DNA of 33,108 bases. Origin: Dehalococcoidia bacterium (GTDB lineage Bacteria > Chloroflexota > Dehalococcoidia > E44-bin15). Position 1 is the stretch's first letter. Every line of letters begins with the position of its first letter. The DNA lies in NCBI GenBank assembly GCA_004376075.1, contig SOJQ01000016.1, positions 1-33,108 of the forward strand, given 5' to 3'. The notes under the pieces were generated by a model. It was not told the origin of the DNA. It worked only from the letters and a program-made list of their open reading frames with translations, and ran no database searches. Below are positions 1-7,710 of this stretch, piece after piece. A program made the position numbers and the translations under genes.

Positions 1-1
1 A

Positions 2-400
2 GAAAGGCTCGGCAAAGCTGACATGAACGACCAACCCCCCCTCGAAGAAGCTGTTCACCCTGCTTTTGGTACGGTCGATGATTTGGTCTGGGATGACAAG
101 GTCCAGGGGGCAAATCTCTTCTTTCAAGCTCCCCACCGCACTAACAGAGATGATCCACTCCACACCTAAGGATTTCAGGGCATAGATATTGGCTCGGGAT
201 GGGAGTTCGGTGGGGCTGATGGGATGCCCCCTGCCGTGCCGGGGCAAAAAGGCGATCCTCATCCCTTCAAGATCGCCGATAATAATAGCGTCACTGGGCT
301 CGCCAAAGGGCGTCTTCACCCTAACCTCCTCGATATCGGTCATCCCCTCTATTTCGTAAAGGCCGCTGCCTCCAATGACCCCGATCTTTGCTTCAGGCAT
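2..400 (-). CDS. mtnP: S-methyl-5'-thioadenosine phosphorylase (3' part runs off the window)
   Basis: Not in the ORF track. Manual translation from ATG at 400 gives MPEAKIGVIGGSGLYEIEG...TPFGEPSD...FLPRHGRGH...ANIYALKSLGV...SAVGSL...PDQIIDRT, typical MTAP motifs. GGAGG RBS upstream. Confidence 0.95.
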   Translation of the reverse strand, partial: MPEAKIGVIGGSGLYEIEGMTDIEEVRVKTPFGEPSDAIIIGDLEGMRIAFLPRHGRGHPISPTELPSRANIYALKSLGVEWIISVSAVGSLKEEICPLDLVIPDQIIDRTKSRVNSFFEGGLVVHVSFAEPF

Positions 401-429
401 TGGTTCCTCCTCTAAGTGAAGAATTTAGA

Positions 430-1515
430 TCACCTTCTTGCCCTCACAGAAATTGCCTCTGTTGGGCATTGAAGGATGCAAGCCCTACAGGCTACGCATT
501 CGCTATCAGGTTTTACCATTATGGCGATATTTTGGGATTCATCCATATCGTAGATTCCTTTGGGACAAACATCATAACATAATTCGCAGCCTATGCATTC
601 ACTTTGATCCAAGGTTATTTTTTCCTCTTTAATTCTTGCCCTTCCCTTGAAACTTACCGAACCAATTCTATGAATCCCAATCCTGTCGAGCAGGGGGTCG
701 AGATCGCTCCTATATAAGGGGGAGACACCGCTGAAATCGATCCCAATTAACAAGACGAATACCATTGCCCCGAGAAATAGATTGCGTATATAGGTGGAAC
801 CTCCTCCGAAAGGGAATAAGTAAATCAAAAGTCCTATTATAGCAAGGGCCTCATAGAAGAGAACTTTAGCCCATCCCGATTTGCCAGGAATATAGGGATA
901 AAAGGCGTACATCAGGAGGAGGAGAGACGAGCCAAGGATAATGAATTCCACCAACCACCCTCTCCAAAAAATGGCGAGGATCACTGCGATGGGGAGGAAG
1001 AAGGCCAGGGAAACCCCAATGCCAGCGTCCAACCTGTCCATCAGGTTGAACTTAACCTTTCGCATATCGTCACTCTTTTGAAACCCCTTTCTCACGTATT
1101 CAGGTATCTCCTTGGCATAAACTGGGCCGAACCTGGAGTGCCATCCAGTTGCCTCTTTTATTAGCTCTGTATCTACTCCGGGGGCTGATAGCTGAGGCAG
1201 TATCAGTGTCCGATGGTTAACACTTTCGCCGATTCCTGAGGTTTTGATAACCGAAACTATGGAGTGAGCGTTGAACATGCCGCCCATCGCAGCACACCAA
1301 ACGTTTGTGCCATTAGTTGGCGCCACTAAAAGGTGGCAGTCCAGATCCCTAAGATACTTCGATACCCTTTTCACCGTGAGCTGGAAATTGGAGGTTACGA
1401 AAACGGGGCTATCTTCTCTGGGGTTGCCAAAAGCCCGTAGCCCCGGTTCGGTGGACAAAGGGAAGAGTCTGAACAAGGTTCCTATTGTGGTTTTGAAGCC
1501 TTCCTTGACATTCAT
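430..1515 (-). CDS. Fused HgcAB-like protein: corrinoid-binding domain, membrane helices and C-terminal 2x[4Fe-4S] ferredoxin
   Basis: HgcA/CdhD-like motifs PGL..GNP..SPVFVTSNF.LT, TNGTNVWCAAMGG (cap helix, Cys74), LILPQLSAPGV, FGPVYAKEIP, MRKVKF. Hydrophobic block at about aa 165-260. CIGCELCYDVCP and CVACRACILQCP at the C-terminus. Confidence 0.9.
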   Translation of the reverse strand: MNVKEGFKTTIGTLFRLFPLSTEPGLRAFGNPREDSPVFVTSNFQLTVKRVSKYLRDLDCHLLVAPTNGTNVWCAAMGGMFNAHSIVSVIKTSGIGESVNHRTLILPQLSAPGVDTELIKEATGWHSRFGPVYAKEIPEYVRKGFQKSDDMRKVKFNLMDRLDAGIGVSLAFFLPIAVILAIFWRGWLVEFIILGSSLLLLMYAFYPYIPGKSGWAKVLFYEALAIIGLLIYLFPFGGGSTYIRNLFLGAMVFVLLIGIDFSGVSPLYRSDLDPLLDRIGIHRIGSVSFKGRARIKEEKITLDQSECIGCELCYDVCPKGIYDMDESQNIAIMVKPDSECVACRACILQCPTEAISVRARR

Positions 1516-2177
1516 CTTTCAGCCTTTTTGGCGACAAAGAGCCCTAATGAACCGAGAAGGCTCCTCTTTGTAAAGATCATCCCAAATCCTGCATCAATGA
1601 TTGCCCTCTCAATTTCCCTTAGCTCCCTGGTGGTGGTCTGGGTGAAAACGTATGTTATGACTGCAAGGGGAATGCGCACAACCAAATATAAGCTTCTTTT
1701 CAACAATGAGTTGGGCTTTACTTCGTCGGCAATTATTAAAAGTCCACCGGGTTTCAGGACTCTGAAGGTCTGCCTAAGCACATATTTCTGTTCATCAGAA
1801 TATAGTTCACTGAAAACCAAGGTGCTCACAACCTTGTCAAATCTCTCATCCTCAAAAGCGCTGTCCATCTGGGTGGCGCCCATTTCCCTGAGCTCGATTT
1901 TTTCGCCCAGATGCCTTTCTTCGATCTTCCTCTGTGCTATGTTCAGCATTTGAGGAGAGATGTCGAAGCCAATAACGGAAGCGTCCCTCTCAGCGCACAA
2001 TATGGCCAGCGTTCCGGTGCCGCAGCCTACGTCGAGGACAGTATCTCCTGGGGAGATGTAATTTTCAGCGATCTCCTTTTTTAATCTGTTAATCCGCCCC
2101 AGGGAGAGCATGTTGATTCCGGCATCGTAGCGATGAGGAGCTGACTCCAGGATTTTCATAAATACATAGCTGCTCAC
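1512..2177 (-). CDS. Class I SAM-dependent methyltransferase (UbiE-like fold; resembles corrinoid-protein-associated methyltransferases)
   Basis: Motif [10 protein letters not shown], post-[25 protein letters not shown] overlaps with both neighbours. Confidence 0.9.
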   Translation of the reverse strand: MSSYVFMKILESAPHRYDAGINMLSLGRINRLKKEIAENYISPGDTVLDVGCGTGTLAILCAERDASVIGFDISPQMLNIAQRKIEERHLGEKIELREMGATQMDSAFEDERFDKVVSTLVFSELYSDEQKYVLRQTFRVLKPGGLLIIADEVKPNSLLKRSLYLVVRIPLAVITYVFTQTTTRELREIERAIIDAGFGMIFTKRSLLGSLGLFVAKKAER

Positions 2178-3202
2178 CCCTGGAACACCTTCCTCAGCCT
2201 CTCCACATAGGGCTCGCGTATTATGCCCTTCTCGGTAATTATAGCAGATATGTAGCGATGGGGGGTGATGTCGAAGGCGGGATTGGCCACCCCAACCCCC
2301 ACCGGGGCGATGGGAACCCCACTAACATGGGTGACCTCCTCCGCCCCTCTCTCCTCGATGGGGATCTCATCCCCCGATGATAGAGAGAGGTCGATGCTGC
2401 TGGTAGGGGCGGCGACATAGAAGGGGACGCCATTTTCCCTGGCGAGGACCGCCAAATTATAGGTGCCGATCTTATTGGCGACATCGCCATTTGCCGCTAT
2501 CCTGTCGGCGCCCACAATGACGCAGTCGATCCTCCCCCTCGATAGGAAATGACCGGTCATGGTGTCGGCGATGAGGGTGAAGGGGATGCCATATTGCGCT
2601 AATTCCCAGGTGGTGAGTCTTGCCCCCTGAAGAAGGGGGCGGGTTTCGCTGACGAAGACGTGGACTGCCTTGCTCTGCTCCTTCGCCGCCCTGATCACCC
2701 CCAGCGCGGTGCCGTAGCCCGCCGTTGCCAGAGCACCGGTGTTGCAATGGGTCATTATAGTAAAGCCATCCCTTATCAACTCGGCACCATATGTGCTGAG
2801 CTTCCTATTTGCCGCCTCGTTCTCCTCCTCCAGCTTTTTTGCCTCAGCAAGGAGCGCCTCCTTTATCCGGGCCACATCCTCACCAGCCTCAGCCACCCGA
2901 TTCATCCTCTCCAGAGCTTTGAAGAGGTTGACTGCGGTGGGTCTGGTAGCGGACAGGGTTTCCGAAACGGGGCGAAGTTTGGCCGTGAACTCCTCTTTTG
3001 AGGCTGCCTCGATCCCTTGAGCCCCCAAAGCCATCCCGTAGGCAGCAGCGATGCCAATGGCTGGCGCCCCCCGGATTTGCATCTCCTTGATCGCCGATGC
3101 CACCTCTCGGTAGTCATCAAGTTCTAAGAAGACCATCTCCCAGGGCAGCCTGGTCTGATCGATAAGCCTGATTTTGCCCGAAACCCACTCGATGGCTTTC
3201 AT
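2174..3202 (-). CDS. mtnA: S-methyl-5-thioribose-1-phosphate isomerase
   Basis: [70 protein letters not shown]. Confidence 0.96.
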   Translation of the reverse strand: MKAIEWVSGKIRLIDQTRLPWEMVFLELDDYREVASAIKEMQIRGAPAIGIAAAYGMALGAQGIEAASKEEFTAKLRPVSETLSATRPTAVNLFKALERMNRVAEAGEDVARIKEALLAEAKKLEEENEAANRKLSTYGAELIRDGFTIMTHCNTGALATAGYGTALGVIRAAKEQSKAVHVFVSETRPLLQGARLTTWELAQYGIPFTLIADTMTGHFLSRGRIDCVIVGADRIAANGDVANKIGTYNLAVLARENGVPFYVAAPTSSIDLSLSSGDEIPIEERGAEEVTHVSGVPIAPVGVGVANPAFDITPHRYISAIITEKGIIREPYVERLRKVFQG

Positions 3203-3215
3203 TTTTCAGCGCAAT

Positions 3216-3240
3216 AAAAAGCTTCTCACCTGCGAGAAGC
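3216..3240 (-). terminator. Intrinsic-terminator-like hairpin just upstream of mtnA
   Basis: Minus strand GCTTCTC-GCAGGT-GAGAAGC followed by TTTTT. Confidence 0.6.
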
Positions 3241-3268
3241 ACCTTCCACATCATATGGGGTATCAGCA

Positions 3269-3298
3269 ATCTTAACCCAGATTCGGACGGGTTGTCAA
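3269..3298 (-). promoter_or_regulatory. Sigma70-type promoter for the mtnA unit
   Basis: TTGACA (3298-3293), 18-nt spacer, TAAGAT (3274-3269). Confidence 0.6.
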
Positions 3299-3306
3299 GG
3301 CAGGTC

Positions 3307-5013
3307 TTAATGGAGCAGCTTAAAGGCCAACACATCTACCAGCCCCAGGTCGGTGAGTCTCAGCTCGGGGATCACGGGGAGGGCGAGGAAGGAGAGGGTG
3401 GCAAAGGGGGAGGATAGCTTGCATCCTAACTTTGAGGCGATGCCTTGGAGGTTTTCAAACCTATCCACCACCGCTTCCAGAGGTTCCTCAGATAGGAGGC
3501 CGGCGATGGGTAAGGCTAAAGCACCTACCACTTGCCCATCGGCAGCGACCACCAGTCCACCCTGAAGTTTTTCGACCTCCCCGATGGCAAGGTATATATC
3601 GCTATCCGTTGTGCCCACAGCGATAATGTTGTGGGAATCGTGGGCGATGGAGGAGGCCATCGCTCCTCTCTTTAGCCCAAAGCCTTTTACCAGCCCGAGG
3701 CCAATGTTTCCCGTGGCCTTATGCCTCTCCACTACCACCAGCTTTAGGATGTCCCTCTCCACATCGGGAACCACAAAGCCGTCGCCAATCTTCACCTTTT
3801 CCTCGCTCTTCCTGGTGATTATCTGGTCGGGGACGACCTCGATAACGGGATAAGCCTCCCTTCTTGCTGGCATCTTCAGCGCTTCTATATCGAAGGGCTT
3901 AACATTTACGGTGCGAGTCATCTCTTTATCCTCTACCACCAAGGGCGAAAAAAGAGGCTTGCCCTTCTCTGCTACCAGCTCTCCGCGGTAAAAAACCATC
4001 TCCACTTCAAAGGTGGAGAGATCGCTTAACACTAGGAGATTGGCAAGATAGCCCGGTGCTATGGCACCAAGGCCGTGGAGCCTGAAGTACTCGGCGGCAT
4101 TGATTGTGGCCATCTGGATAGCGCGAACAGGATCCAGTCCCAGCCTGATCGCCTTTCTCACCACAGCGTCGATATCGCCGTCCCTTAGCAGGTCGGCGCA
4201 GCTTCGGTCATCGACAACGAAAAGGCATCTCTTGTAGGTCTTATCGGTAACCAGGGGGAGCAGTGCCTCCAGATTCTTCTCCGAGGAGCCCTCCCGAATC
4301 ATCACATACATGCCCCGCCTCAATTTCTCTCTCGCCTCCTCCAGGGATGTCGATTCGTGGTCGGAGAGGATGCCACAGGCGAGGTAGGCATTGAGCTCCT
4401 TCCCCCTTAGCCCGGGGGCATGCCCATCGATCACCCTACCCCTTGAGGCGGCGAGCTTGGCCAGGACCTCCTTATCGGCGGCCAGCACGCCGGGGAAGTT
4501 CATCACCTCCCCCAGCCCGATGGTATTCTCCCAGGATAGGGCAGCTTCAACATCTTTCGCTGTCCATTTGGCTCCCGAGGTTTCCAGAGGGGTGGCGGGG
4601 ACGCAGGAGGGGACCATGAAATATAGGTCTAGGGGCAAAGGCTGGGCAGCGTTAATCATGTATTTTACGCCCGCCATTCCCCTGACATTGGCGATCTCAT
4701 GAAGGTCTGTTACTACAGCCGAGGTTCCACGGGGCACCACCGCCCTGGCATACTGGGAAACATGGAGCATCGAGCTTTCCAGGTGAATATGGCCGTTGAT
4801 CAGGCCGGGGGAGAGATATTTCCCCTTGAGGTCGATCACCCGCTGACCCTGCTCATAGTCACCAACCCCAGCGACCATCTCCCCATAGATGGCCACATTG
4901 CCCTGCTCTATGTCGCCAGTGAAGGTGTTCACTATCCTGGCATTGGCCAGAATCAGGTCCGCGGTGGCCTCACCCTTTGCTACTGAGATCAATCCTTTAA
5001 TGCCCATTTTCAA
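3307..5013 (-). CDS. ade: Adenine deaminase
   Basis: PGLINGHIHLESS, DLHEIANV, PSCVPAT, GEVMN, DGHAPGL, SDHE, IREGS, VVERH, SSIAHDSHN, LALPVIPELRLTD. Confidence 0.96.
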   Translation of the reverse strand: MKMGIKGLISVAKGEATADLILANARIVNTFTGDIEQGNVAIYGEMVAGVGDYEQGQRVIDLKGKYLSPGLINGHIHLESSMLHVSQYARAVVPRGTSAVVTDLHEIANVRGMAGVKYMINAAQPLPLDLYFMVPSCVPATPLETSGAKWTAKDVEAALSWENTIGLGEVMNFPGVLAADKEVLAKLAASRGRVIDGHAPGLRGKELNAYLACGILSDHESTSLEEAREKLRRGMYVMIREGSSEKNLEALLPLVTDKTYKRCLFVVDDRSCADLLRDGDIDAVVRKAIRLGLDPVRAIQMATINAAEYFRLHGLGAIAPGYLANLLVLSDLSTFEVEMVFYRGELVAEKGKPLFSPLVVEDKEMTRTVNVKPFDIEALKMPARREAYPVIEVVPDQIITRKSEEKVKIGDGFVVPDVERDILKLVVVERHKATGNIGLGLVKGFGLKRGAMASSIAHDSHNIIAVGTTDSDIYLAIGEVEKLQGGLVVAADGQVVGALALPIAGLLSEEPLEAVVDRFENLQGIASKLGCKLSSPFATLSFLALPVIPELRLTDLGLVDVLAFKLLH

Positions 5014-5537
5014 TCCTCTATGAAACGAAGATCAGGCAGGTGGCGAAACCTCTCATCATAGTCGAGGCCATAGCCCACCACAAACCTGTCGGGGATGGTG
5101 AAACCCAGGTAATCGATGGGAACATGAACCTTCCTTCGCGAGGGCTTATCAAAGAGGGCGCATAGCTTTAGGGAGGAGGGCTTCTTCTTCTTAAGATAAT
5201 CGATGAAATAGCCCACGGTGATTCCAGTATCCACGATGTCCTCGATAACCAGCACATCTCTCCCCTTTACCTTGGAGCGGAGCCCCTGCACCACCTTGAT
5301 CTCCCCCGAGGTTACCCTGGCGGAACCGTAGCTTGAGAGCGCCACGAAGTCTATCTCCACGGGGATCTCGAGAAGGCGAATAAGATCGGCCATGAAGACG
5401 AAGGAGCCCTTAAGGATGCCTAGGAGAAGGGGGTGCTTCCCTCGGTAATCCCTGTTGATCTCTTGGGCAAGCCTGGCCACCCCCCCTCTTATCTCCTCTT
5501 TAGTGAGCAGGACTTTCAGTTGCTCAGGAGCGGTCAA
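5010..5537 (-). CDS. hpt: Hypoxanthine phosphoribosyltransferase
   Basis: ILKGSFVFMADL, SSYG, PRPP motif VIEDIVDTG, FVVGYGLDY. TTG start. Confidence 0.96.
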   Translation of the reverse strand: MTAPEQLKVLLTKEEIRGGVARLAQEINRDYRGKHPLLLGILKGSFVFMADLIRLLEIPVEIDFVALSSYGSARVTSGEIKVVQGLRSKVKGRDVLVIEDIVDTGITVGYFIDYLKKKKPSSLKLCALFDKPSRRKVHVPIDYLGFTIPDRFVVGYGLDYDERFRHLPDLRFIED

Positions 5538-5554
5538 GGGGCTTCCTTTTAATG

Positions 5555-5830
5555 CTAATTTTGCTCAGGGGGAGGAAGGTCCATCATCTCGAAGGCGGGG
5601 CAGACCTCATCAGCGCTCGCTGCGGGGAAGACGCAGTGATCGAGGTGCATCCCAGCGAACGAGCCGGGCCGCTCATTTTCCTCCACATCGCACCAGTGGT
5701 CGAAGTAGTCATCCTCCTCGGAGTAATCGCCTATTAGGTGGTGCTTGCAGCTGTTACAGCGCCCCGGGCGAATGTAAATCGATATTCTTTCGCCTTCGAT
5801 GCCATCTTCCTGATTTTTATCTGCGCCCAT
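5555..5830 (-). CDS. Small acidic Cys/His-rich hypothetical protein (start uncertain)
   Basis: Fills the btuD-hpt gap on the operon strand. CNSCKHH...HWC...HC...CP pattern. The listed ATG overlaps a predicted -10 box. Confidence 0.6.
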   Translation of the reverse strand: MGADKNQEDGIEGERISIYIRPGRCNSCKHHLIGDYSEEDDYFDHWCDVEENERPGSFAGMHLDHCVFPAASADEVCPAFEMMDLPPPEQN

Positions 5831-5857
5831 TATATTTCGAGGGCTGCCCTTTGTCTA
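5829..5857 (-). promoter_or_regulatory. Sigma70-type internal promoter for the hypothetical-hpt-ade unit
   Basis: TAGACA (5857-5852), 17-nt spacer, TATAAT (5834-5829). Confidence 0.6.
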
Positions 5858-5859
5858 GC

Positions 5860-6645
5860 CTAGGTCCTCTTTGGAGTAATAACGATGTGGGGTGCCTTCA
5901 TTGAGGGATGCTGCATCACCTGCACTGAGGCGGAGAAGACCTCTTTTATGGTTCCCTCGGTGAGGACATCACTGGGGGGGCCATCGGCGAAGATACGCCC
6001 CTCCTTGAGGAGAATGAGTCTGTCGAAGTAAAGGGCGGCTAGATTCAGGTCATGCATCGCCCCGATAACGGTGATCCCTTGCTCCCGGTTGAGGCCTTTC
6101 ACCAGGTCGAGGATCTCCACCTGATGATTGATGTCCAGATGCGCTGTGGGCTCGTCGAGGAGGAGCAGCTTCGGCTCCTGGGCTAGCGCCATGGCCAGGA
6201 TTCCCTTCTGGCGCTCCCCTCCGCTGAGCTCGTTAAAGAAGCGCTGCCCCAGTTCTCTTATGCCGATAAGCTCCATGGAGTTCTGCACTGCTTTATAGTC
6301 CCCTTCCTCCTCGTTGGAGAAGGCTTTGAGGAAGGGGGTCCTTCCCAGTAGCACTACCTCCCTTAGCGTGAAGGCAAAGGGCATGTGGAACTGCTGGGGA
6401 ACCACGGCCACCCTTTGCGCCACCTCCCTTCGTTTTAGCCCTCTCAGGCTTGAGCCATCCAAATGGATCTCCCCCTCCGTGGGGCGGAGCACCCCGCTGA
6501 AAAGCTTAATCAGGGTGGTCTTACCCGAGCCGTTGGGTCCGAGGAGGGCCACCATCTCGCCCCTTTCTATTGCCAGATCGATGTCATGCAATACAGGAAC
6601 GTCAATATAGGAGAAGGAAACATGGCTAAGGCTAAGCTTGATCAT
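5860..6645 (-). CDS. btuD: Cobalamin ABC transporter ATP-binding subunit
   Basis: Walker A GPNGSGKT, signature LSGGERQ, LLLDEPTAHLD, HDLN. FecE/BtuD family in a B12 operon. Confidence 0.9.
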   Translation of the reverse strand: MIKLSLSHVSFSYIDVPVLHDIDLAIERGEMVALLGPNGSGKTTLIKLFSGVLRPTEGEIHLDGSSLRGLKRREVAQRVAVVPQQFHMPFAFTLREVVLLGRTPFLKAFSNEEEGDYKAVQNSMELIGIRELGQRFFNELSGGERQKGILAMALAQEPKLLLLDEPTAHLDINHQVEILDLVKGLNREQGITVIGAMHDLNLAALYFDRLILLKEGRIFADGPPSDVLTEGTIKEVFSASVQVMQHPSMKAPHIVITPKRT

Positions 6646-7703
6646 TAGAAGGCGTACTCCCTCCTTGTTCTCCTCAACAGATAGATAAAGAAGGGGGCAC
6701 CGATAAGGGCGGTAAGAATGCCCACCGGTATCTCCATAGGGGCAAGCATGGTGCGGGCGAGAAGGTCGGCGACGACCAGGAAAGCGCCGCCTGAGAGCGC
6801 CGCGGCGGGCAAGAGGAGGCGATGGTCCGGTCCCAGCACCAGGCGCACCGCATGGGGCACCACCAGCCCCACAAAGCCCACCAGCCCGCTAAGGGAGACG
6901 GCTCCGCCGGTGAGCAGAGAGCCCAAGCCAAGGATGGTAAGCTTGTCTCGCTCCACATCGACCCCCAGATATGCGGCACCCTCCTCTCCTAAGGAGAAGG
7001 CATTGAGGCGAAAGGCGAAGAAACGGGCCACTACGATCCCCCCAATAATCATGGGGGCGATGATTGCTATTTGGCTCCAGTCGCTTACCCAGATACCCCC
7101 CATAAGAAAGGACCATATCGAGTGCAGTCTAAGTTGCAGCCTGTCGCTCATTGTTATCAGGAAGCTCATCGCTGCTATTAGCATGGCGCTTACGGCAAAT
7201 CCGGCGAGGAGCATGCTTATGATAGGGGTCTTGCCCCCAACTCGAGCCAGGTTATAGACGAGGAGGACGGCAACCAGGGCACCGAAGAAGGCGGCAATAG
7301 GTACCAGCCCAAAGCCCAAAAAGGCGAAGCTCACCGGCAACATCATCGCCAATGTCGCCCCGAAGGCCCCCCCGGCGGAGGTGCCGATAATGTAGGGATC
7401 GGCCAGCGGATTTCTCAGTAGCCCCTGGAAGAGCACCCCTGCCGCTGCCAGTGCTGCCCCCACCAATGCCCCTGCCACCACCCGAGGCAGCCTGATCTGG
7501 AAGAGAATGGTCTCATCGGTTGCCTGCCAGGTTGCGGGAAAATGGGTGAAGGCTACCTTGTTTAGGGTCATCTTCACTATGTCTAGCGGGGAGATAGATA
7601 CAGCCCCGAAGGCGGCAGCGACGAGCAGGCACACGATGAGGATGCCTATGAGAGAGCCGAGGATGAGCACCGTGCGCTGATTGCTTTTTAACCTGGCAAG
7701 CAT
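6645..7703 (-). CDS. btuC: Cobalamin ABC transporter permease
   Basis: FecCD/BtuC motifs IRLPR, LRNPLADP, GEEGAAYLGV, GFVGLVVPH, EIPVG, GAPFF. Confidence 0.9.
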   Translation of the reverse strand: MLARLKSNQRTVLILGSLIGILIVCLLVAAAFGAVSISPLDIVKMTLNKVAFTHFPATWQATDETILFQIRLPRVVAGALVGAALAAAGVLFQGLLRNPLADPYIIGTSAGGAFGATLAMMLPVSFAFLGFGLVPIAAFFGALVAVLLVYNLARVGGKTPIISMLLAGFAVSAMLIAAMSFLITMSDRLQLRLHSIWSFLMGGIWVSDWSQIAIIAPMIIGGIVVARFFAFRLNAFSLGEEGAAYLGVDVERDKLTILGLGSLLTGGAVSLSGLVGFVGLVVPHAVRLVLGPDHRLLLPAAALSGGAFLVVADLLARTMLAPMEIPVGILTALIGAPFFIYLLRRTRREYAF

Positions 7704-7710
7704 AATAAGC

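Noticed and set aside
430-1515. Calling this canonical hgcA/hgcB and the organism a mercury methylator
   Set aside because: Fused architecture, GK missing from the cap helix, no ECGAC motif and no C-terminal cysteines.
430-1515. Selenocysteine recoding in the HgcAB-like protein (also checked for the Hdr-like gene)
   Set aside because: No in-frame TGA interrupts the ORFs, and the terminal TGA follows a complete ferredoxin domain.
3203-3268. Known SAM, SAH or purine riboswitch before mtnA
   Set aside because: Too short and lacks the consensus cores I know; kept only as an unclassified leader.
3117-3335. 72-aa ORF spanning the ade-mtnA gap
   Set aside because: Overlaps both genes out of frame and runs through a promoter and terminator; no protein motifs.
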